64,000 bases of DNA from a virus, in the IMG/VR virus record IMGVR_UViG_3300024264_000006, positions 83,637-147,636 of that record. One strand, written 5' to 3'. Below, one piece after another: positions 56,608 to 64,000 of the stretch. Each line of letters begins with the position of its first letter. The first letter of the stretch is position 1. Position numbers and translations under genes: made by a program. The notes beneath the pieces were generated by a model, which was not told where the DNA came from, did not search any database, and saw nothing but the letters and a program-made list of their open reading frames with translations.

Positions 56608-57384
56608 TCACCCTATGAAGAAGACAGGGCCTACATCCTCTTCATCCCTAAACTTTTGCATTAATCTTTCCATGTCATTGAGAGCATCTTCATAGATTTG
56701 TCTCCCACTGATCGTCACTCCGCCGGGCAGTTGCATTCCTTCGAATTTTAAGAGGTTTATACCCCATTGTTTTTTGATCAAACACACAGTATATTCTTTA
56801 AGGAAAGCGTGGTTCCAAAGAGAATGGTTTATGGTCGTTGTCGTTGAGTTTGTTGATAGTTCTTTGAATCCATATCCTTCGATAACAATAAAATCTCCCA
56901 CGCTCAATTTTTCTTTATTTAAATAAAAGTGAAGTCTACCTTCCTGTCTATCGAAAGTGATTTCTGGTTGACCATTCAATTTCATGTCCAACAAAGATAA
57001 GTGTTGTTGCATCTGTTCGTAGTATGCTATGTCACCCGCAAAATTATTTAGGTCGGTAATATCATTCAACATCATTTGATATTTCACATCAAAAAAGTTG
57101 GTTGTCTGGGACATCGTGTTTACAGGAAACATTCTAACAATGGTCTGAATACGAGGAGCTGATTCATGAAGATCGATAAATCCATTGGTAATATCATCTT
57201 GAGTTACAGCGTGACTTACATAAAGGCGTCGAGTTCCATCTGGATGATGTTCACGAAACCATTGAATTGCTTCATCAACGTTATCTTCAAGCTGTTCGTC
57301 ATCTACATTAATTTCAACTACAGGAGCTCCTAACCTACGTAGGCACCAATCGGTGAACTCATCTCTACTATTTGGTATTGCCAT
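56608..57384 (-). CDS. gp13: Neck protein gp13
   Basis: LRRLGAPVVEINV, KQWGINLLKF, LPGGVT. Confidence 0.93.
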   Translation of the reverse strand: MAIPNSRDEFTDWCLRRLGAPVVEINVDDEQLEDNVDEAIQWFREHHPDGTRRLYVSHAVTQDDITNGFIDLHESAPRIQTIVRMFPVNTMSQTTNFFDVKYQMMLNDITDLNNFAGDIAYYEQMQQHLSLLDMKLNGQPEITFDRQEGRLHFYLNKEKLSVGDFIVIEGYGFKELSTNSTTTTINHSLWNHAFLKEYTVCLIKKQWGINLLKFEGMQLPGGVTISGRQIYEDALNDMERLMQKFRDEEDVGPVFFIG

Positions 57385-57396
57385 TATACTGTCCTA

Positions 57397-60276
57397 TTAG
57401 TTTTGTAGTGTTCCACTAGCATCGTATACGTTGATTCTATAGTAAGCTCCGTGTTGTCCGTCAAGTAAGTCGGCATCCAATCCTGAAGTTGCTCCGTCCA
57501 CTGTCTTAATCGCAGTTAAGAGTTCAGCAGCAGTTGAGTATGTTTCACTGAATGAGAATGCACCTGTTCCTGAGTTGTAACCTAAGTCACCGGATGCACT
57601 GAACATTCCTTTAACGTTTGCAGAGTCAAGGTTGAATTCTCCATTAGTAACAGAAAGTCCCTTGTTTGCAGTTAAGTGTGCTCTTACTTCAGCAGCACTA
57701 GGCCCTGTATAGGTAATAACACCTGTTGAACTATTGTATGATGCACTTCCATCTCCACCCGCATCGGTTACCGATATAGCACCTCTTGCACGTGCAGTGG
57801 TATGATAGAGGTTAGACCCTTCTGGTAGATCATCCGTCTTGAGATGATTGATACCATCACTATCAATAACAGTTGTTAATGCGACTGCGCCTGTTCCATC
57901 AAAAGAAACGGCACTTGCAGTCACATCACCTGTTAAGGAGAAGTTTTGACTACTTGCAAGAGCAGTTGCAGTGTCAGCGTTACCTGTTACCGCACCAGTT
58001 ACATTACCGTAGAAGTTTGCTGCTTGAACGTTTGCGTTTGTAAGTGTCAAGTCACCAGTTGATGCACCTGTAGCAGTTGTAGTTGCAAATACTACTCTGT
58101 CTATACTTTCATCCCAACCCATGAACACATTGTCACCAGTTGTTCCTCTTTCGAGAACAAGACCAAGGTCATTAGCGTTTGCACCTGAGTTGCCTGAACC
58201 AAGTTCAATCAACGCATCTTCGATTGTTGTGTTGGTTGCACTGTTAGTTACAGTACTACCATTGACAGTCAAATTGCCTGTGATTACTACGTTACCACTC
58301 GCATCAACATCTGCGAACTGTACGTTGTCAGAAGTTCCTACTGCTTGACCAATACTGATTGCACCGTCATTATACGTTACACCAGTACCACCACTAAACA
58401 GACCTTTAATCTGTGTCGCAGTTCTATCTGAATCAGTGTAAGAGAATACGCCATCCGAATATGATAGGTCGCCACCCGCACTAAACATTCCCTTGACATT
58501 TGCAGAGTCAATATTAAACTCACCATTAGAAACGGAGAGTCCTTTGTTTGCGGTTAAATGCGCTCTTACTTCAGCAGCACTAGGCCCTGTAAATGTAAAT
58601 CTGCCTGTTCCAGAATCATATGAGAGCGAACCATCTCCACCAACATCGGATAGACCAATTGCATTTCTTGCTCTTGCGTCTGTATAGTAAAGATTTGTAT
58701 TTTCTGTTAAGTCGGCTGTGGTGAAAGGGTCGAGTGATATGACATCCGTAAAGTTTCCACCAGTTGTTTGTATTGTAATAGTTGCGTCTGAACTATCAAA
58801 GTCAACCCCTGTAACACCCGCAATAGTAATGTTCTTTGCAGAGTCGATTTGACCCTGTGCATTTACTGAGAACTGTGGTACTTGTGTAGAAGAACCGAAT
58901 GTTCCCGCACTGACCCCAGAATTAGTAATGCTGATCGCACCACTACTCAAGGTTATACCAGTGCTACCACTAAAGTGTGCTCTTGCTTCTGCAGCAGAAG
59001 GCCCTGTGTATGAGAATCTACCGGAAGCAGAGTCATATGTCAGAGACCCGTCACCACCCTGATCATGAAGACCAATGGCATTACGTGCACGTGTATCTGT
59101 GTAATAGAGGTTGGATGACCCTTCACTCAAATCGTCGGTTGAACCTGAGTCAATCGCAACGTTAAAGTCGGAATCAAAGTTTGCTTTAGTGTAGACTTGT
59201 TCTACATCAAATGAGAATACACCAGTAGAAGAATCGTAAGATAGATCACCTGTTGCACTAAACATTCTACGTACATTTTCTGAGTCAATATTAAACTCAC
59301 CACTACCAGTATCATAACTGAGACCTTTGTTACCTGATACGGCCGCTCTCGCTCTAGCATCGGTATAATACTGATTTGTCCCTTCAGATAAGTCGGATGT
59401 AGATTTTTGACTTAAGTCTAAATTAGCACCAACTTGTAATGCGATTCTAGCATCAGCTCTTGCATTTGTATAATACTGATTTGACCCTTCAGATAAGTCG
59501 GTGGTAGTATACGGGTCTAGCGTGATTGTGTCGAGGAATGTTTGACCATCAGCAGTATTGATTGTGAAGTTACCGTTGGAAGAATCGAAGTTGATGCTTG
59601 AAACACCAGCTACACTTACTGTACCAATACTATCGATTTGTCCTTGTGCATTGACAGTGAATACGGGAACGAGAGACGCACTGCCATATGTACCGGCTGT
59701 TACCCCAGTATTTGTTATAGAGATAGTACCACTAGCACTATCATAAGTAAGACCTGTACCTTGAACCATTGAAGCTCTGGCACGTGCTTCGGTAAAGTAT
59801 TTGTTTATGCCTTCTGTTAAATCAGTAGTAGTTGAGGATGATTCGTCTAATAGTTTGTGCCATGCACCACCATGTGCAAAGTAACCTTTGCCTGTTCCGT
59901 GTACGTGTGCGAACATACCATGATAAGATGAAGCATTTGGTAGGTCGCTGTCCGAACTGTAGACGTTAGCAAAGAGAACCTTATTACCACCCATATCAAG
60001 GTCTTGACGTGTGACATCCGAATCAACACGTGCAGTGGTATAATACTGCCTCGTACCTTCAGCGATATTGGTTGTCGTAAGGTCTTGACTATCACCCAGC
60101 GAAACAGTCAAATCGTTTATAGTGATTCCACTGTGAGCCAACATTGCATTTGCGATGACGGGTAACGATGCTGAATCGATACTACCGTCAGAACCGGCAA
60201 GTTGTGATCTGTCGTCTTTTACGAAACCAGATGTTGTCAACAGACTTGACAGAAATCTAGCTTTTGATTGTGCCAT
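57397..60276 (-). CDS. Repetitive tail-fibre/whisker-like virion protein
   Basis: Repeated DL(S/T)EG.NxYYT.ARAR and GGDGS..Y..TG...TGPSAAE units; LDADLLDG C-terminus. Confidence 0.75.
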   Translation of the reverse strand: MAQSKARFLSSLLTTSGFVKDDRSQLAGSDGSIDSASLPVIANAMLAHSGITINDLTVSLGDSQDLTTTNIAEGTRQYYTTARVDSDVTRQDLDMGGNKVLFANVYSSDSDLPNASSYHGMFAHVHGTGKGYFAHGGAWHKLLDESSSTTTDLTEGINKYFTEARARASMVQGTGLTYDSASGTISITNTGVTAGTYGSASLVPVFTVNAQGQIDSIGTVSVAGVSSINFDSSNGNFTINTADGQTFLDTITLDPYTTTDLSEGSNQYYTNARADARIALQVGANLDLSQKSTSDLSEGTNQYYTDARARAAVSGNKGLSYDTGSGEFNIDSENVRRMFSATGDLSYDSSTGVFSFDVEQVYTKANFDSDFNVAIDSGSTDDLSEGSSNLYYTDTRARNAIGLHDQGGDGSLTYDSASGRFSYTGPSAAEARAHFSGSTGITLSSGAISITNSGVSAGTFGSSTQVPQFSVNAQGQIDSAKNITIAGVTGVDFDSSDATITIQTTGGNFTDVISLDPFTTADLTENTNLYYTDARARNAIGLSDVGGDGSLSYDSGTGRFTFTGPSAAEVRAHLTANKGLSVSNGEFNIDSANVKGMFSAGGDLSYSDGVFSYTDSDRTATQIKGLFSGGTGVTYNDGAISIGQAVGTSDNVQFADVDASGNVVITGNLTVNGSTVTNSATNTTIEDALIELGSGNSGANANDLGLVLERGTTGDNVFMGWDESIDRVVFATTTATGASTGDLTLTNANVQAANFYGNVTGAVTGNADTATALASSQNFSLTGDVTASAVSFDGTGAVALTTVIDSDGINHLKTDDLPEGSNLYHTTARARGAISVTDAGGDGSASYNSSTGVITYTGPSAAEVRAHLTANKGLSVTNGEFNLDSANVKGMFSASGDLGYNSGTGAFSFSETYSTAAELLTAIKTVDGATSGLDADLLDGQHGAYYRINVYDASGTLQN
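57680..58591. repeat. Intragenic direct repeats in the fibre gene
   Basis: 30 bp identical at 57680-57709 and 58562-58591; 33/34 bp match at 59363-59396 and 59468-59501. Confidence 0.8.
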
Positions 60277-60323
60277 TAGACGTTCCCTTTTATTCCTCGT
60301 TTCATGCTAAGCATGTTCTCTCT

Positions 60324-60331
60324 TATTTATA
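60324..60331 (-). promoter_or_regulatory. Late promoter TATAAATA
   Basis: Exact consensus upstream of the 959-aa gene. Confidence 0.8.
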
Positions 60332-60335
60332 AGTT

Positions 60336-61700
60336 TTAATCTATGAAGTATGTACCTGTTACAAGAATTCTTCCTGATCCATTGTCGGCCATTCCAACGT
60401 TAGCATAATTTCCTGCTCCGTCTTCGGTCTGAACCAATAGTGTTGAAGAATTTTTCTCTAATCTGGTCAACAAAGTATCATAATCAGTATAAGTTAGTTG
60501 TCCATTTGTTGATGCTGGGAAAACATATTCCAATCCAGTCTCATTCATAGACGCAAAAGGCAATCCAGATACTCTCAAATTACCCGTTCCTGTGTGTGTA
60601 CTCCATACCAGTTGTAAAGAAAAGGTAATCATGTTACCCATTCTAGTATAGAACCCAATCTGAGAACTATAGTTCCCTGTCCCTGCTGAACTTGATCCAA
60701 CAACAACAGGAGTAAATTGTTGTTTTTGTGTGTACTCCTTGATGAGATAATCACTAGAAGTACCGCCAATGTAAATACCTGCCGTTACCTTCACATCTTC
60801 ATACGAAGGACGTTGTGAAGATTGTTCAAAGGCCTGAATCTCTACCCTGTCGGAAGAGTCCAGTGCAGTTGTAAAGTTTACATTCTCACCGTCAATGGCA
60901 CTATAGTCCGTATCTGGACTCATCAAAACACCATTGTTAAATACCTTAAGTGCACCAACTTTATAATCTAAAGTGTTGCCATCTGAGTCATTACCTGTTA
61001 TAGTAGAGACTCCACCATTACCCACAAAGGAATAATGATAATCTTTATATGATTGACTTGTGCTTAAGAAGTCTGGAAGTGCGATGACCTGTAGTAGATC
61101 GTTTACAGCCGCCGGTATCGTAAGTACAATTGTCGTACCATTTGTTGCAGTATAGTCAAGCTTGGGGTCTAGGATAACACCGTTAAGATATACCTCTACT
61201 TTTCCTGTAGCATATCTTAAAGTACGGTTATTGTTATCTAGTCCAATAAACGTGGTCTGTGCTGCCGTTGCAGTGTAGTTGTATTCTGCAACCTGAAGAC
61301 CTTGTGTAAAACTTTGAACCTGAAGGATGTCACCGGAATTTGCTCCAGTGTTTAATGTGATCGTAGTCCCGTCATTTGACACAAAGTCATTTGCGGAGTC
61401 TAAAAGTACTCCGTTCATATAGACATTAACAAGACTAGGGATATACCCTAGAATGTCGCTATCTAAATCTGCTCCGGTAAATACCGTCTGGTTGCTATCT
61501 GCTGAGAAATAAAATTCCTCATAAGTAGCACCAGTCTGTTCACCAATCTCAACAATTGATTCAGTACCATTAACACTCTTCTTGATGAACATAAGTCCAT
61601 CGTAAGTGTTGATCGCAACTTCACCAAGATCAAGTTGGCCAATAGTCGGTATCTTTCCGGCTACAGAACTACGTTTAAGCCGAAATTTTGTTGTTGACAT
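60336..61700 (-). CDS. Virion structural/fibre protein with three tandem beta domains
   Basis: LKRSSVAGKIP...GEVAIN N-terminus; three V(Y/F)xNGV(L/I)-type units. Confidence 0.7.
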   Translation of the reverse strand: MSTTKFRLKRSSVAGKIPTIGQLDLGEVAINTYDGLMFIKKSVNGTESIVEIGEQTGATYEEFYFSADSNQTVFTGADLDSDILGYIPSLVNVYMNGVLLDSANDFVSNDGTTITLNTGANSGDILQVQSFTQGLQVAEYNYTATAAQTTFIGLDNNNRTLRYATGKVEVYLNGVILDPKLDYTATNGTTIVLTIPAAVNDLLQVIALPDFLSTSQSYKDYHYSFVGNGGVSTITGNDSDGNTLDYKVGALKVFNNGVLMSPDTDYSAIDGENVNFTTALDSSDRVEIQAFEQSSQRPSYEDVKVTAGIYIGGTSSDYLIKEYTQKQQFTPVVVGSSSAGTGNYSSQIGFYTRMGNMITFSLQLVWSTHTGTGNLRVSGLPFASMNETGLEYVFPASTNGQLTYTDYDTLLTRLEKNSSTLLVQTEDGAGNYANVGMADNGSGRILVTGTYFID

Positions 61701-61759
61701 TTGTCATCCCCAAGTCCAATATTGGAATTACACAACCCTTATATAAGGGAAACTTACTT

Positions 61760-63769
61760 TTAGTAAGTACCTCCGTCCATTTGATAAATAGTTACCGCAC
61801 CACTTGTTACAGTAAATTGATCAGAGTCGAAGGAAGCTACGCCTGGATTACTCTTTGTAGCAAGTTCTGCTGCGATGAGTAATTCATTTGTGTTGTCTGT
61901 ATAGGTTAAATCTATACCTTCTCCAGCGGTCAGAAGGTTTGCAACTTCACTATCAACTAATTGTTCGAATGCGACACCGTTGATAGTTAAAGAACCAGCT
62001 TCTACATTTGCTGAAGATGTTATTGCGCCCGTTACATCGAGCGGTTTGTTTATTGTCCACTTGTCACCAGTTGCGGAATACGAGAACGTTGCACTTGCAC
62101 CGTTTACAGTAAGACCCGCACCATCAGCCTCAGCTGCGTTGGTGGCACTATCTGCGAGGACAATATTTAAATCGTTAATTGACAACTCAGTTGAGTTGAT
62201 GGTTGTTGTAGTGCCTTGGACGGTTAAGTTGCCAAGGATATAAAGGTCACCAGAATCTCCAACAGGATTTGGATCAATATACAAGATTCCATTTGTATCC
62301 GTATTACTGATCGTGTTTCCGGTTAATCTTAAGTTACCTACTTCTACCTGAGTAAGACCAGCGATAGTACTAGAAGAATCTCCTAGAGATACTGTGGTAC
62401 TACCAAACTTGACTGTACTATTGGTTAGTTGTCCATTGCCAACCGCATTGGCTTTAATGGTGACATCACCACTAGTAACATCAAAGTCTGCACTATTAAA
62501 TGATGCGACACCTTTGTTGCTGGTAGATGCGTCTTCACCTTTAACAGTAATGACAGCACCTGTGTGATTTACATCAATGCCCTCACCACCAAGAAGAGAA
62601 ACAGAATGACCTGAAGGTGTTACAGCACCATCGTCTGTAGTTACTCCCTTGAGAACTACATCCGCTAAACTAACATTGCCGTTTGAGGCAACGAAGTCGG
62701 TATTATCAAACTGAGCCACACCCTTCTGGTTTGAATCAGCATTCTCAATTGTTGCGGTAATTGTATCTGTAGAAGCAGAGAAAGAAATTCCTCTGTTAGA
62801 TGTACCCAATAAGTTAATACCATGAGCACTAGGGTCAACCGTTCCGGTGTCTGTTGTAACAGTCTTGATAACATTATCATCAAGAGTTACTACACCAGAT
62901 GCAACACCAAAGTCATTCGCATCAAACTGAGCGGCACCTTTTGATGAAGTAGATGCGTCTACCAATCCATATGTGAATGAGTTAGTAGAAGAATCTTGTG
63001 TTAGGGTTAAGTTACCACTGGCCGCTAATGTTACATCTGAATCAAGAAGACTTATTGCATCTCCATTGATTGTAAGATTAGTTGCAACGGGTACTGTTCC
63101 AGCACTGTCTAGTTGACCTTGTGCGTTTACTGTGAATACTGGGATTGCAGTTTGCGACCCGTAAGTTCCAGTTGTTACACCTGTTGCATCAACAGAATAT
63201 GTTATAGTGTCGTTTGTTACATTTGAAGTAAGACCAGTTCCACCCGCAAAGGTTAGTACACCTGATACAGATGAGAATGAGTCTGAGTCTGCCTGATCGT
63301 CTGCGATAGAGAAACTAACGTTAGATATCTGAGCGTCTACATAGGCTTTGTTCGCAGCATCACTATCATCGACGGGAGCAATGAGATTGATTAATCTATT
63401 ACCATTTACGTCAATATGAGATGTTGGTGCGAAAACAAGATTGCCTGTGGTCGTAGAAATATTATTGCCATTGAAGTCAATGTTGTCTACAATAAGGTGG
63501 TCTAGTTTAGAATTCGAATCTGCAATTAATGCTGTGTTTGCTGTAAGGACACCGAATGGGGCGTTTCCGGTTCCTCCAAGAAGATCGACGTAATACTTAC
63601 CACCGATAACTTCATGGTTAGCAGCATCGCCAGCTGTCTCTGTACCAGTACCAACATATAGTCGATCACCACCGGCACCATTGAAATACGAATACGCAAA
63701 CTCACCTTGAGCAAGCGTAGTGGGATTGCCCGTAGTCCCACTTCGTTTTATTCTAATTATTGATGCCAT
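61760..63769 (-). CDS. Tail-fibre-like virion protein
   Basis: IRIKRS N-terminus, DAANKAYVD, repeated KG(V/A)A.F units, DGGTY end. Confidence 0.75.
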   Translation of the reverse strand: MASIIRIKRSGTTGNPTTLAQGEFAYSYFNGAGGDRLYVGTGTETAGDAANHEVIGGKYYVDLLGGTGNAPFGVLTANTALIADSNSKLDHLIVDNIDFNGNNISTTTGNLVFAPTSHIDVNGNRLINLIAPVDDSDAANKAYVDAQISNVSFSIADDQADSDSFSSVSGVLTFAGGTGLTSNVTNDTITYSVDATGVTTGTYGSQTAIPVFTVNAQGQLDSAGTVPVATNLTINGDAISLLDSDVTLAASGNLTLTQDSSTNSFTYGLVDASTSSKGAAQFDANDFGVASGVVTLDDNVIKTVTTDTGTVDPSAHGINLLGTSNRGISFSASTDTITATIENADSNQKGVAQFDNTDFVASNGNVSLADVVLKGVTTDDGAVTPSGHSVSLLGGEGIDVNHTGAVITVKGEDASTSNKGVASFNSADFDVTSGDVTIKANAVGNGQLTNSTVKFGSTTVSLGDSSSTIAGLTQVEVGNLRLTGNTISNTDTNGILYIDPNPVGDSGDLYILGNLTVQGTTTTINSTELSINDLNIVLADSATNAAEADGAGLTVNGASATFSYSATGDKWTINKPLDVTGAITSSANVEAGSLTINGVAFEQLVDSEVANLLTAGEGIDLTYTDNTNELLIAAELATKSNPGVASFDSDQFTVTSGAVTIYQMDGGTY

Positions 63770-64000
63770 TAGTACTGGCCTCCGTTTATTGTTTGTTCTG
63801 TTAATTCTGTGGTCGTTTCAAATACTTCACTCGTTGAATTATAAACTAAGACGGAACCATTTACCTTGGTGCTGACATCAATACCTTCCAAGGTATTAAT
63901 ATTACCCCCAGACTGAGTTGAGGTTTGCCATTCATTTGCTTCCGCATTGTAAACTAAAATATGTTCGTCTTGAGCACCAGAAGCATTCACGCCCTGAATG
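63769..64000 (-). CDS. C-terminal part of a fibre-type virion protein (starts beyond the window)
   Basis: Open frame to the edge; ILVYN/VLVYN repeats, INGGQY end. Confidence 0.65.
   Translation of the reverse strand, partial: IQGVNASGAQDEHILVYNAEANEWQTSTQSGGNINTLEGIDVSTKVNGSVLVYNSTSEVFETTTELTEQTINGGQY

Noticed and set aside
374-63741. Numerous 60-170 aa ORFs antisense to or nested in core genes (e.g. 1957..2373, 20886..21344, 44799..45314)
   Set aside because: Shadow ORFs of well-supported genes; no SD, promoter or recognisable motifs
44475-63769. Bacteroidota host inferred from the D-S sequon
   Set aside because: GGAG SD sites and TTGACA/TATAAT promoters do not fit Bacteroidota, and their glycosylation acts on exported proteins rather than cytoplasmic virions
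1-64000. CRISPR array, diversity-generating retroelement, integrase or transposase
   Set aside because: No regularly spaced repeats, reverse transcriptase or recombinase seen
1-64000. Stop-codon reassignment
   Set aside because: Core genes are intact in the standard code, and TAA, TAG and TGA all serve as stops
1-64000. Cyanophage assignment
   Set aside because: hsp20, thyX and 2OG oxygenases are shared with cyanophages, but no photosynthesis genes are present in the window; the host cannot be determined

Overview
A 64 kb segment of a T4-like myophage genome, probably marine and probably infecting a heterotrophic host (sigma70 promoters and GGAG Shine-Dalgarno sites; no photosynthesis genes in the window). 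Most genes are on the minus strand. In transcription order (right to left): tail-fibre/virion proteins; gp13-gp23 (neck, terminase, tail, head); a plus-strand insert (DUF4338-like + ParB-like); gp3, uvsY, uvsW, gp55, gp47/46/45; tRNA-Arg(TCT) and tRNA-Gly(TCC); gp44, gp62, regA, hsp20, gp43; a PrimPol-like gene; nucleotide-sugar enzymes; uvsX, gp41, thyX; an accessory region; and an early region with repeated promoter elements. Two candidate novel systems stand out. (1) An Asp-Ser-(A/D/G/S) motif is strongly enriched in outward-facing virion proteins or loops, alongside phage-encoded sugar-building and sugar-decorating enzymes, suggesting sequon-directed virion modification. (2) An 8-gene operon of mostly exported or membrane proteins under a late promoter includes a fimbrial-pilin-like and a chaperone-like gene but no usher. 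All family assignments come from motif recognition by eye and all counts are manual; no database searches were run.
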